Part shown: piece after piece, positions 36,397 through 49,296 of the stretch
How positions within the stretch are numbered: the stretch's first letter is position 1
Layout: every line of letters begins with the position of its first letter
NCBI GenBank assembly: GCA_965644295.1
Contig: CBFFRP010000324.1
Location: 186,001 to 250,000 of the forward strand
Direction: 5' to 3'
Origin: Paraphysomonas bandaiensis
Taxonomy: Eukaryota > Protista > Chrysophyceae
DNA length: 64,000 nt
The notes under the pieces: generated by a model
The model's database searches: none
Told to the model about the DNA's origin: nothing
The model's input: only the letters and a program-made list of their open reading frames with translations
Made by a program: the position numbers and the translations under genes

Positions 36397-38301
36397 ATGA
36401 TTAGTGCTCAAGTGTCGTTTCAAGACTACCACATATCTCACAGCGATGAGGAAGAAGCTAATGAACCCATTGAAGAGAAACGTGTACTCACATTAGAAGA
36501 TGATGAGATGTGGTCTGATGAGGAGAGTGACTACTTGGTACATGTTGACCGGTCAGAAAAGAAAATGATCCCTGCTGTTATTGATAGAACAAAAGGAGAT
36601 AAGAATGCATGCAAGTTGTTTTCTGGAAATGCAAAGACGGAGTATAATATGCATGATTTTGATAAATCTAGTTTTCTTGCTGAACCTAAGGAAGAGATTG
36701 AGTTCGATATTCCGCTGCCGTACGTAGCTCCACATCTCGTCAGCGCACTTGGTGAAGGTGTTGTGAAGCTAATATGGAAAGAGTTTTTAGATCACGGTTC
36801 AGATGAGTCCGAACTGGTTCTAACTGAGCATATTGCGTCTATTTCCGAGAACATTCACAGTGCACTTGGCTATGTATTACCTTTCAGTGAACTGACGTTT
36901 ACGTATGGCGAAGAGGATTATACAGACTTTCAGTATGTTATCAGCGGTTTGGCAAGTGTGAAGAACAGGCCTGGCGAAGTTAAGAACATTGAACGACCAA
37001 TACAACTTCCTCCGTGTTGCACGAATAAGTACTGTGCAGTTCATGCTCGCATGGACAGGAAAGTATCATCAGGGTCTGAAAAACGGCCAGATTTTCGTCT
37101 AGATGTAATATATCGACGCTGGGTATTGGATCGGCGTGGGATTGTACGTGTGCGACACATTCCAGAGATTCTCGCTGAAGCTGATATTGCTCACCGCTCT
37201 GATTTACTGCCGGAGTCATTTTGGCAGAATCAGGGTGATTTCTTGGTTATCACGTACGAGATGTTGGCTGATATAGCTGATAAAATTCGAGAAGACGTCG
37301 AGGATAGGGAAGCGCAGATGGACATCTACCGATTACCAAAATGGTTAACAAACGAGTTTACGCCTTCAGAGATCGCGATGTTTAAGCACCACTTCATGAT
37401 GATAGATATCGATTGTGGGGGTACCATTGATGCCGAGGAACTTATGCTTCTTGGTGATTCCCTCGGCAACAAGATGAGCTATGAAGAAGCTGCTCATCTT
37501 ATCAGTGAACACGATGAGGATGGGTCTGGTAGCATTGATTTCGAAGAGTTTATGGGCTTGATGTTCAAAATGATGCACGGGACAGTAGACGTCGAAGATG
37601 ATGCACTCGCAAAAGCCATGATGGAGTCGCGATCGCAGATCCGGATATTTGAAGAGATTGAGGGAATAAAGAATGATCCACCTGAGTCTGTGTCGGTGTA
37701 TCACTATGGTGGTAACCCGGTGGAGTGTGAGTTCTTGTTGGACGGGCCTCTTGATACTCCATATGAAGGTGGGAAGTTTATTCTTCATGTGGTATATAAC
37801 AACGGATACCCCTTCAACTGTCCTCAAGTGTGTTTTAAAACTCGACTCGTTCACATCAATTTGATCTCGCAGATAAATGGGTCTGTCATATTTCCCCACA
37901 TGAAAAACATATGGGAATCATCATGGACCTCTAGACATATTGTGAAGCATGCGCTTGAGTTAATGGCTTTTCCAAGCCCGAGTTTGCTCCCTCCGACAAT
38001 GATAGACGTATATAACGCGTTTGTGATAGAAAACTTTGAGGTAGAAGACGAAAGCGTGTTCATCAAGTCTCAATTTTCCGAAAAACTTGATATTGTTCAG
38101 CAACATTCGGGGGTGAAGAACTCATTCAAGTTGAAGCTTGACAAACTTGCTCGATTGGAACAGATGCATATGAATATAGTTGTTAAATATTTTACGGATC
38201 CTGAAACTTATGAAAGTTTAGCACGGCAGTTCGTCCAGCAGTATTCTTTCAGGAAAGGAGGCGTTGGAGATAGTGTAGACCAAGATGATCACGGAGACTG
38301 A
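36397..38301 (+). CDS. EF-hand plus ubiquitin-conjugating-fold (UEV-like) fusion protein
   Basis: Canonical EF loops DIDCGGTIDAEE and DEDGSGSIDFEE, then GPLDTPYEGGKF...YPFNCPQVCFKTRLVHIN (UBC fold). Confidence 0.88.
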   Translation: MISAQVSFQDYHISHSDEEEANEPIEEKRVLTLEDDEMWSDEESDYLVHVDRSEKKMIPAVIDRTKGDKNACKLFSGNAKTEYNMHDFDKSSFLAEPKEEIEFDIPLPYVAPHLVSALGEGVVKLIWKEFLDHGSDESELVLTEHIASISENIHSALGYVLPFSELTFTYGEEDYTDFQYVISGLASVKNRPGEVKNIERPIQLPPCCTNKYCAVHARMDRKVSSGSEKRPDFRLDVIYRRWVLDRRGIVRVRHIPEILAEADIAHRSDLLPESFWQNQGDFLVITYEMLADIADKIREDVEDREAQMDIYRLPKWLTNEFTPSEIAMFKHHFMMIDIDCGGTIDAEELMLLGDSLGNKMSYEEAAHLISEHDEDGSGSIDFEEFMGLMFKMMHGTVDVEDDALAKAMMESRSQIRIFEEIEGIKNDPPESVSVYHYGGNPVECEFLLDGPLDTPYEGGKFILHVVYNNGYPFNCPQVCFKTRLVHINLISQINGSVIFPHMKNIWESSWTSRHIVKHALELMAFPSPSLLPPTMIDVYNAFVIENFEVEDESVFIKSQFSEKLDIVQQHSGVKNSFKLKLDKLARLEQMHMNIVVKYFTDPETYESLARQFVQQYSFRKGGVGDSVDQDDHGD

Positions 38302-38496
38302 TAGTTCAATATATTGTTGTAGTGAGTGTTGGAAAATAGAATGATTGAACTCTTTACGTTAAAAGGATACGGCTTAATACGTTATGATTTTGACGAATAT
38401 TGTTAGTTGTTTATCGCTACATTTATTTGTGCTGCCGCAATCAACCTATAATGTACGGTATTAGGAAGGCACAACTTTATATTATACAATTACCAG

Positions 38497-38678
38497 TAGG
38501 AAAAATGGAATATACTCATGCTTCTAGTTGCTGATTAATGATACTAACTATTACCAATAGCCTATTGCTTTCATAATATGTAGTATTGTGTATTGTTCGG
38601 CCGGTTATAAGAAAGTATCTAACAATTGATTAGACGCTATCTAACAATAATCTTGCAATATGTTGTTCTATAGCCCTG
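38497..38678 (-). mobile_element. Diverged end fragment of the CAGGGCTA hAT-like family
   Basis: Reverse complement reads cagggctatagaacaacatattgcaagattattgttagatagcgt...attccattttt and aligns to 46362 onward. Confidence 0.7.
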
Positions 38679-39242
38679 TAATAAATATAATAGACACAGA
38701 TGCTTGTGATTGGATGAAAATGTGAAGGACGTTAAATTAAATAGTGGAATAGTAGGCGCTATTGGCCCCAATCTCTAGCCGTACATCACTTGTGAGTGCT
38801 AATAACTGTATTTTTCAGGCATCACAGTATTAAGAGCAAACCCAATATTATTTGTGAGGTTTGCGAAAAACATTTCTAGCTCTCTTTATATCTTAATTAT
38901 ATTACACCAAATTGTCTTTGTTGAATAATAGATCCCCGTTGAATATGTAATACACATGTTCTCAACATTTAAAAGCAAGAAAGGTTATTAGAAAAACAAA
39001 AATTCTTAATAAATTACAGTAAATATCGTCATATACTGAAGTTTGAGATAAATCTCTACATCATATAAAGATTTATGCCAATGAACAAAATTAAGCAGTA
39101 AAAAACATATATGATATAACTTGATGATTCTAAAGTATAAAAGCTATAGTGCTCGTTTCTTCATAGTAACTGGTGCAACGTGACACGCCCTGCATCATAC
39201 TATGGTGACATGAAAAATAATGTTATCTACACATCGGCTAGT

Positions 39243-40175
39243 TCAATATAGCGCGGAGAGCTTTGGCGATCTCATCGTTGGACATGACATGGATTTGGTC
39301 ATTCCGTTGAGCAGTAGAGGTGGAACGATCTCCGCTTGGTTGTCGGAGTCCTGCAGTATACGTGTTGTGCACCGAGACATAGGTCGCTGATACGAGGAGT
39401 CCTGGTATTTAGAAATAATTCTATATGCCCATGGTTCAATCTCTGCCTCCGAAGACACGGCAGTGGATCGTCCAGTATTAGCACGCCCGGAACTCATTCC
39501 TGATGTGGCACCACGGGAAAGCGATGACCCAGAGTGATGGCTCCGTGGTGAGTTTTCCAGATCCGAACTCTGAATTGAATTAGCTACAGAACAAGGGGAT
39601 GGAGAAATCTCACGAGTGTAATTAGAGTCACGGGCGGAATTCGGTTGACGTTGGGAATTGGTGCTGCGGTTAAAAATTTGCTTAGGCTCACTGCGTTTAC
39701 GTCCCTCTGTTAGTCCGGGAAGAGTGTTCGCGGCGCGGGAAGAAGGAACGGAGGTTGCACCTCTTCCAAAGAATTCTGTATCCCACTTGGGTCCAGGTGT
39801 AACTTCTCCATACATCGGGGATATTGGGATCGACACCAGTTTCTCAGAATGGTCTTGGTTATTATTCTCAAAAAACATTGTTGAGCTCGTGCTTATAAAC
39901 AGGCGATCATTCTCAGATGTTTGAAAGTCACAAAAGCCTCCCTTTAGCTTTGCTGCTTTCTCTCTCTTTGATTTCATGTCATGTCTTGGATTCGAATACT
40001 CGTCAACACTATTCTTACATGGTCCTAATCGGTCCCGTCCCTTCGACACTGGTCGAGACTTCCTTCCAGTTGTTTTCGGTCGACTCTGTGTACTCTCTTT
40101 GACCTTCTTATTCGTACTAGATGCTGTACCAGATAGCAATCTGGTTGTCATGTTAGGATTTCCTCTGGAAGGCAT
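39243..40175 (-). CDS. Hypothetical Ser/Arg-rich protein, 310 aa
   Basis: Intronless ORF with higher GC than flanks; predicted largely disordered. Confidence 0.65.
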   Translation of the reverse strand: MPSRGNPNMTTRLLSGTASSTNKKVKESTQSRPKTTGRKSRPVSKGRDRLGPCKNSVDEYSNPRHDMKSKREKAAKLKGGFCDFQTSENDRLFISTSSTMFFENNNQDHSEKLVSIPISPMYGEVTPGPKWDTEFFGRGATSVPSSRAANTLPGLTEGRKRSEPKQIFNRSTNSQRQPNSARDSNYTREISPSPCSVANSIQSSDLENSPRSHHSGSSLSRGATSGMSSGRANTGRSTAVSSEAEIEPWAYRIISKYQDSSYQRPMSRCTTRILQDSDNQAEIVPPLLLNGMTKSMSCPTMRSPKLSALY

Positions 40176-40988
40176 AATTACACGATATCAATGTTGTGAA
40201 TAGACTCTTTGATATGTACTATAACATATATCAGGAATCTAAAGTAATCTCAGCCAACAAGTGGAATAAATCGTACTGCGATTCTATATATTTACGAGCC
40301 CACAGGCGACTAAGAGATCTGGATGTACAGTATGTGGTCGTAACTTTGATGTACGATAAAATGATGCATCGATCCCTTCAAGATGGTTTTTTTCTAAGAA
40401 CGCATGTACGCACGCACGTCGGTCTAGATATCTAGTGTATGGACTGGTAATTGGTGTCAGTCTGTGACAGTGGATGGAAAAAAGTACGTACGTGATGCAA
40501 AAAATGACCCTGTAGCTAAAAAGCGATGGTTTTTATGTCGATTTTCATTGAAACATACATAAATTGTAAGGAGAGACCGAGGGCATATACATCTGTACAG
40601 GTATTCATATAAATTATGGTCATAACAGCAACTACGAATCACTCAGGCATCATTGCAATAGAGTGAATAGAGGTTTATGACTGTAATTGTTGTTGTATGG
40701 CGATAATAGATATGGGTATGTGACTATTGCAGGATATCTGTCTGTCTCGTGTGGACTTGTTTTTTGTAAGTAACATAAAAGTAGGGTATTTTGTAATTTA
40801 CTGGGATTTTACTACCCCCATTTGACAGTACTGTGTATACAGTAGTGGTGTCGTAGTATCTACGATAGCCTAGCTATGCATCTATCTCTAGACTGGCTCA
40901 TTAACAACCACCTCACATTAACCTCATATTGGAATATATTTGTTGCATAATGATAGATAACTTAACATAATACTTTAATGGTTACAAG

Positions 40989-42228
40989 ATGCCATATAAA
41001 GTTGAATGTGTGGTTGCTGGGGCTGGTTGTATTGGGCTTGCGATAGCTAGAAGATTATCAAGGACGCGTGAGGTGCTCTTAATGGAGAGTTGTAAGACTA
41101 TAGGGTCACAAACAAGTAGTAGGAACTCAGAGGTACTTCATGCTGGAATTTACTATAAAAAAGGGTCATTGAAAGCACGCTCTTGTGTTGAGGGTGTGAA
41201 TAAGCTCTATGAGTATGTTAAAGCGAAGCATATACCACATAAGATGTGCGGTAAACTCATCGTCGCTACTTCAAACGAAGAGTTGCCTGGATTGAAGTTA
41301 ATTATGGAGAAAGCTCTTTCGAATGGAGTGACATCACTAGAACTTATATCCGGTCAGGAAGCAGTTGCAATGGAGCCTGTTGTACATTGTATCCAAGCTC
41401 TCTGGTCACCAACAACAGGTGTATTTGACAGCCACATGTATATGCAGAGTCTTCTTGGAGACGCCGAGGACAACGGTGCATGTCTAGTACGTGAATGTGA
41501 AGTCTTACGCGTGGATTGTTCTCCTGGATCATCCCGTTTTTTGGTGGAAACAAGTCAAGGAGTGGTTCATTGTGACATGTTCATAAATGCGTGTGGACTT
41601 CACGCACAGCGTCTCGCAAGAGAGGGTATGGCTGACATCCACCCCGTCGACCGTGTACCTGAACTGCATTATCTTAAAGGGAGCTACTTTAAATATATAG
41701 GTACTTCTCGAGCATATGCGCACGCCTCTGTCACCTACTATGCAGGTGCAAAGATGCCATTTTCTCGGCTAGTATATCCCCTGCCAGACCCTGCTACTGG
41801 CGCTCTGGGTATGCATGCGACGGTAGATTTAACTGGTGCCGTAAGGTTTGGTCCGGATGCGGAGTGGGTACAAGAGCCAGGGGATCTGGGCGTGAATGAG
41901 GACCGGGCATCATTCTTTGAGAGGGAGATTCGAAGGTGAGATGCAGTACTCACATTTTTTATAAAGGTATTACCAATTTGTATATAGGTATTACCCTGGG
42001 CTACCTGATAATTCCCTTTCTCCGGATTATGCTGGCGTGAGGCCGCGATTGCTTGGACCAAATTCAAAGGCTGGTAGGGACAAGAGAGCCCTTACTGACT
42101 TCTTAGTCGAAGGTCCAGGTTGTCATGGAGTAGCGGGGCTAGTTAACCTGTACGGCATTGAGTCACCAGGGCTGACTTCTTCGCTGCACATTGCTGATTA
42201 CGTAGAGAAACTTCTCGTTGACTCCTAA
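40989..42228 (+). CDS. L2HGDH: L-2-hydroxyglutarate dehydrogenase-like FAD oxidoreductase (3 exons)
   Basis: VAGAGCIGLA, TSSRNSEVLHAGIYY, CGKLIVAT, FGPDAEW, YAGVRP and LYGIESPGLTSSL motifs. Introns at about 41701-41745 and 41936-41987. Confidence 0.92.
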
Positions 42229-43215
42229 GTAGTATACCTTTGTTTATTGCAGTATAGATTATAGATGACGCGGTTGCATTGTAGAGAATGTGCATACTTA
42301 AATATAGTAATTACAAATGTTAGTAAGCAGCTATTGGTATCTGGGTCTATTTGAAGTAGCTATTCGTAACTGCCGTTGGATGAGAGCGTAGGTATTTGCA
42401 AATTAATTTTTATGTTTCCTGAATTGCTCTGCACACTGTCGTGAGGCATACTGTGAATGATACTCTTTACTGTCAATCATTTCCTACGATCTTATATATT
42501 CAATATATTTCAGTTTCAACAATTTATTAAATACTGTTTTCTTCATGTAACAGTCGTATTTCAAAAGCCTATCTACAGCTTTTAATTGATTAATTAAATA
42601 AAAGGGCACAACAACAGATGTTTTACTTGAGAGTATTTCACATGAAGACATGAAGTATATGTAAACTGAGACATCCTCATCTCGAAACCGGTATGTCTAC
42701 TAATGCAGTGCTGTGAATCCGGCTGAGACCTGTTACACTTAGAAATAATGTGCTGGATTTTAAACGCGTTACGAATTACGAACAGCATGACAAATAACGA
42801 TGGGATCTGCAATCATCCATGTCCTGTATCCAACACTCCTTGATGTTCATTCCTACATCCTACGTAGATTATAGTTTTATTTGAGAGAATATGTATGCTT
42901 TCACAGAATTGAATAGACAATAAGTAGAACAACGTACACGACTGTTTGGTCCCACTGCATGACTGCATTGCAAGGCTATGTAATTTTTTCTAAAACTATT
43001 ATTATGTGACAACTTCAAAAATCCTATTACTTATCCAATGGTGCTGTAAACAATATTGGTGTTGTTAAAATTAAAATGATGTCATTGCTCAATATGCAGT
43101 CACACAGCACGACAGGTTATACTACCCTCGTGTAACACATTTCGATAAGAAAGAGGCTTCAATCAATAACCAAAAACCCAACGGATTACAGAATTATTCA
43201 TGAGCACAGCAACTT

Positions 43216-44987
43216 CTATAGAGAAGAACGGGTGTCAGCTGAAGCCAGGTGTCTTTGGGCAGGACCACCAACGCTTTCGTCCATTTCAGAAGGCATAACC
43301 TCAGGAACAGAGTAAACAGTAGGGTGTTGACTGTCGTCAGAGACAGGTTTGTAACCATTCATGCTATGTGAGAGAATACCCACAAAGGCAAAGAACGCTA
43401 CAGCGAGGCCTCCGAAGAAAAGAGAGAGAGTGGTGTAATTGTACTTGGATGCGTGTACACTGGTCTTGCCCCAGTAGTTGGTATCTTCATAGCTGGGGAG
43501 AGTACTCTCTTGCATAGCCTCAACACCCTCGTAGACGATTGACTCAAGCTCAAGAGAGACCAACTCTGCGGCCCGAACCTGGCTAAGCGTAGAAGCACCA
43601 GAGAGACGGGCAGCACCATTTAAAGCGCTAACAAAGTTAGAAGATGATAGTCGTGAATCTAGCTTGTCTTCAAGACTGGAAATCAAGTTCTCCACCTTTC
43701 TGAAATCTCTACCATCCACACCGTAAGTGGTCTCAGCTACGAAAGATACCTCAAACGAAACATCAAATGTGAACTCAGAAAGACGTCTATCCGAAGTGGC
43801 AAGTTCACGAGTATCCAAAGCAGTGGAAACAACTGACAGGTCATCAGCATTCCAGCCGTTAACGAAGTCTGCAAGTACTTGTGATACAATGGCTGAGTCA
43901 GCAGAGTTAAATATCTCTGAGTTGAACCCTCCCAAAGCAATGATACCGGTGAGAGTTACAGTCGATGTAACAGTTCCGAAACAATCAGTTTCCAGAGACA
44001 CTAAGCTGTCTGGAATACATTTACCCTTTTTCACATGGAATGTAAGCTCATGAGCGTATCCACCAGTGATGCCACAGAAGTCCCATGCAGTGAAATCATC
44101 AGCGTCACCACTGAAGCGCATCGTATAAGATCCGTCACCGAGACACAGGTTGCAAAACCCACTATCACCATCACAGAGGGTGCCGGTATAAAACAGCTCT
44201 GTCCTGGTGTCATCGGCAAGGTACCAGCTAGCTCCGTGGTAGTCGTTGCGCCACCATCCATCACCCTCTTCATCCCACATGGTAACTCTAACATTGACAG
44301 CGGGAGGACCATAACGGGGTTTTGATTTACCAGTGTTGGTCGTATTAGTAGTGGAAGACGTAGATGTTGTGTTGGTTGTTGAGGTCGAAGTAGTGTCGCC
44401 CTTCATAGGACCCTTCTTTGAATTCTTCTTAGAACTCTTCTTAGACTTCTTCTTGGACTTCTTCTTGGGCTTAGGCTTACAGGCTTTAGCATCTCCGCAA
44501 GCATCACACTCCTTCTCATTGGGCCATAGGTTCTCCCAGTAAACAAGAGACCACTCATCTCCATCAGCATCATAGTCCCAAATCATGGTGGTGTTGAAGC
44601 CACCAGTGTAGTATACACCAGTGGTATTGCATCCCACAGCAGTAACCTTCCAGTACGCCTACACAGAGTGTTAACAACAATTGAAAGTACAAGACGTTTA
44701 CTGACCTCCCAGTAGTTGCGAGGTGTGTAAGAGCTGTTCTGGTGAGACAACACCATAGGGAACAGACCACTTGTATCAGAGCATAGAGTCTCAGTAACAG
44801 GATTCATATCACAAGTAGGAGCAGCCGAGTAGATATCATCCCAAGGAGTCTCGACGTAAACTTCAGCACCATCCCATCCATCTCCATAGAAATCAAGCAT
44901 ATATATTTCCAAACATGTCCTATTCGAATTACAGTTCGCACTTACACTGGCAACAAACGCCGCTACCAAGGCAAGAGATCTAATCAT
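43216..44987 (-). CDS. Type I cell-surface protein with two DxxGDGW modules (2 exons)
   Basis: Signal peptide MIRSLALVAAFVASVSA, motifs MLDFYGDGWDG and MWDEEGDGW, a Lys- and Thr-rich linker, and a TM helix near the C-terminus. Confidence 0.8.
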
Positions 44988-46361
44988 CTGCCTCTTATAG
45001 TCGTATATTATCTGGGATGTCAATGTATATATTAATGGTTTACTGATGGATGGGTTATGTATGGTAGATCACTGATGGTGGCTCCTCTCCGGGGGGTACC
45101 CATATGTAGGTCGAGGGTCCCCTTTGGGGTAGAAATTTTTGAACATCTATTGAGGGGAACGATGTACGTCATAGCAAAAAAAAACGATCCATTATAGTTC
45201 AACTTACTATACATATGGATCCTATTGTGCGGTCGACAGTGGCTTTGTTGTTTTCGTAGGGGTTTTTATACTTACAAAGCTGAAAACCCCTAATATTTTA
45301 TCTACCAAAAGTATACTCTCTCACCAATTCCCCAGATTTCCAAAAGAATTCTGAAGTAACACTCCTATGAATGTGCTCTCGATACTGAGGAAGATTTGCA
45401 TGCAATGGAAGTCAAGCCTTAACGGTGACCATCACTGCTTTTGTCGCATACTGAACAGATTATGGTGGGACTAACCTACTTTATATTGGTAAGGTATATG
45501 TGTATGTTGTGTGAGATGGTCAGCCTCTTCTTCGTATCATTACCAGTGATCTTAAGCTGAGGGATGTGGGTAAGTGGAGTTACTAAAGTAAAGGGGTTGA
45601 TGATAGGATAATATCCTTTGTTTTGGTTTTGGATGAGAAGTGCTTGACGATGCGGTACCTAGGGGGGTGATGTAATAAACTCCAACGTGCTACAGTGGGG
45701 ATATGTTCGACCCTACATCTTGGCTGCCATTGTTAATATGGCAGAGGAAAAATTCTTAGAAAATCCATGCAGCGAACACTCTCAATGTTAGTAGCAGTAG
45801 ACACTGAACTGGGCAGATAATAAGATTGAACGATTCTATTTATCCCTACGTTACTAACCTACACTTGGTCTAAGAATACACCAATAACAATTCAATCTCG
45901 CCAAATGTATGAAACTCCTCCTCGAAACGTAATTGCTGATATGAGTTCAATAAATTATTGATATGATATGATGTTGTTCGCAGTTAACTAAAATATATAT
46001 GTTGTATTCTCCACTGGACTGCACACTGCACACAATACAAAATATGACTATACAATATGGTTTCGCGAATATGTGAAGATGAGGCCCTTTTCGGACGCTC
46101 ACTTTTTTGATAGCTTTTACTTTTACTGATAATAGATTAAACGGCAGAAAAGGATCACGTATTTCCACTACTTTAGTCGTAGTTCTATGCATCTATCAGA
46201 AGTTGACATTATTTGCTAAGGTTTACTATTCTCAATTGATAAGATGAAATTATAATATTATAATCATTACATAATAAAGAACCTAAGTTGTATTCGATGT
46301 GTTCAACACCATACATTTACTACTATAGTGTACAAACCACACACTCAGTGATCGTATCCTG

Positions 46362-46672
46362 CAGGGCTAGGAAACAATATATTGCAATATACTATTGTTA
46401 GATAGCGTTCCAACAATACTATTGATGGAGATTTTATACAGGCTCAACAATACAATTACAATATATTGCAGTATATTGACAATATATTGAAATATATTAG
46501 TATGACGAATCAGTAAGTAAACACATCCGTAGATTCCATTTTTAGTATTAGTCATTAAGATCATATGGCAACCAAACCCACAACTGCTTATAGCTCATAA
46601 AAATCCACCTCGTTCTCATCCTCTGAGCCATCATCACTGACGTCAACATCACCATATTCATCCAAAATTAAT
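46362..46672 (+). mobile_element. End fragment of the CAGGGCTA hAT-like family
   Basis: Begins cagggctaggaaacaatatattgcaat, near-identical to the terminus at 7706; collinear with 49297-49612. Confidence 0.75.
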
Positions 46673-47122
46673 TCTTAGGATACTATCCTGTATAGTCACT
46701 AATCTTCTACTTCAGTTTCAGACTACACAATATAATGTACTAATTACATATACAGTATATCTTTCGATCCTTGCATCTCACATAATACTTCACTCAATTG
46801 CAAGTATATAGAATCTTCAGATCTCAACAGCATCGATATATCGATGTCGAAGTGCATTGTTATTGTATTTGCTTTAGATTCTTACAAATATTATATTTGC
46901 ACAAGTCACAACTGTACACACCATAGCTGCGCTGGAAATATATTTCCTAATTTCAGAGGTAGGCAGAGCAGAATTATAGCGTAAAAACTGCAAGAAGTAG
47001 GCAATGATATTTATTAACAGGATCTTGCTTAGGAGCGTCTGATAAAATAACAGCTGCTTCATACGGCGAACGATACGGTGTACTCTACACTAAAGCTTCA
47101 TAAACTGGTGCAAAAAATGCAT

Positions 47123-47771
47123 CTAGTCATCCTCAGTGTGCTTCTCATAAGCAACCTCATCCATTAACTCCTGATACTGACTTTTTCCAGTTTCGTCCAC
47201 CTTCAAAAAGAATAAGTGCATATAAATTATATTCTTCACTCTCACACCTTGATCCGAACAAACCATCCACTCTCCACGGGTGACTCATTAACCTGCTCGG
47301 GACTTCCTTCCAGGGCCTTGAGGTAATTACAAAATTAAAAATGTCTGGACCATGTACTGTCCTCTTACATTATTCACTTCAACAATTTCTCCTTTGATTG
47401 GCATGTACACGTCACTCGCAGCCTTAACAGACTCGACAGCTCCGAAGCTCTCACTGCAAAAGATCGTTATATTCATGGAGAAAACAGTGTAAGCACGTAC
47501 CCAGCTTCGAAACTATCTCCAACATTGGGCAACTCTACGAAGACAACGTCGCCAAGAGCATCGCATGCATGCTTAGAAATTCCCACTGTTCCAATATCAC
47601 CATCCATCTACAGAATTTAAATTAATGCACTCAGGTATCATATTGCTTTGCTTAAACCTTGACATACTCGTGACTGGCAGCGAACCTGATAGAAGAAAAC
47701 AATTTCGTCTGAGTGGAACGTGTAACTGTTCGTTGAATCAATGGTGCAAACTTCAGTGCTCTTCCAAACAT
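47123..47771 (-). CDS. GCSH: Glycine cleavage system H protein, mitochondrial (5 exons)
   Basis: [28 protein letters not shown], lipoyl-Lys motif [11 protein letters not shown] and [11 protein letters not shown]; Arg-rich presequence. Confidence 0.95.
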
Positions 47772-48260
47772 TTTTCTTTTGTGATTTGTGATGGATAGTG
47801 GGATGCAATTGCCTAAACTATGTGAATTCAAGTTTATTGTGACAGAAAGCTATAAAGGAACATGTTACGCATGTTGCTTCGAGTATACGTATATGGTATA
47901 CATGCAACCACCTCTCAACCCCCAAAAAACATCCCTTTCATATGAATTTCTTCTAAAACATCTGTCGAATCTTAGTCCTCACCAGCAGCAACTAACTTTT
48001 ACCAGCCATTCAACGTCAAAAAACCCTCATATCCATTGCTTGGCTCTCTCCTGTGGACCGTATATAGAGAACCAGCACCTAACTATGTAGAGCGGTAGAT
48101 AACATCCAGTAAGAGTGGAGTGGAGTTGACATCATCAAATAAACTCTTTCTCTATACACAGTTTTCAAGGGGTGTTCTATTAACAACCTCAATTCATTGT
48201 AAAGACATTTTATTAATTGATATTTATATCAAACTTGTTTAGTTCTATCTCTACTGAACA

Positions 48261-49117
48261 ATGCCACGATCAAAGAGGAATAAGATAGGTGAGATAGACC
48301 AGATGTTACATCTATAGCTTCTAATGTAATAGTGTACAGTGTCTTTGACAAAGACACAAGCAAAAGGTCGTGAACAGAAAAGCAAATATGTGGAGTCTAT
48401 TAGAAGCGCTTTAGATGAATTCGAACATGTATACGTTTTTTCATATGAGAATATGAGAGCAGGAGCCTTTAAAGATGTGCGAATGGACTGGCGTGATAGC
48501 AGGTACCAGCTATGCCGTGTAAAAGAGAGACTATTAATAATCTCTTCAAATTTGTTAGAATATTTTTGGGGAAAAATTCTATATCTCGAATTGCTTTGGG
48601 TAGATCACCGGAAGACGAATACAAAGATAACTTGAGACATGTCAGCGAGGTATGTCACCTAATGTAACATTTATTTTGTCGTAATCTGTCGATTTTTAGA
48701 GAATAGATGGAAATGTGGGCCTTTTGTTCACAAACAGAGATAAAAAAGAGACATTAGAGTAAGTCGTTCTAATTTGTTGCTAGTGGTGATGTGATGTATA
48801 CAATGAACAGTTATTTCCACGGCTACGTGAAAGCAGAATTTGGCAAGGCTGGTACTGTACCTAACGAAGATATAATTCTCAGCCCAGGACCATTGCAGTT
48901 CCCAATTGCAATGATAGACCAGCTTCGAAAACTAGGGCTCGTGGTAGAAGCTGATAATGGTGTTCTGGTATTGAGGGAGAGATATGTTGCTGCGAAGAAT
49001 GGTGTGCCATTGACACCGGAACAAGCTAAGGTGCTGGCTCATCTGGATAAACCTGTTGACGAGTTCAAGTTACAAGTGTTGTGTGCATGGCATGATGGAG
49101 AGTTTGAAGAATTATAA
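48261..49117 (+). CDS. MRT4: Ribosome assembly factor Mrt4 (5 exons)
   Basis: MPRSKRNKI|[39 protein letters not shown] and LTPEQAKVL motifs. Confidence 0.95.
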
Positions 49118-49296
49118 ATTCGTATCGTAGCCGCATAAACAAATAATATTATATGAATTTGCGCATCGAAACATATATAAAGAAGTTTGATTTTCTCTAA
49201 AACAGCAGTCTATGCTACATAATAGCCACAGTGAAGAATAACATTACATACATTCACTTGTTCTTTATTATGAGTCACAGGAGGTGTAGTTTCTAT

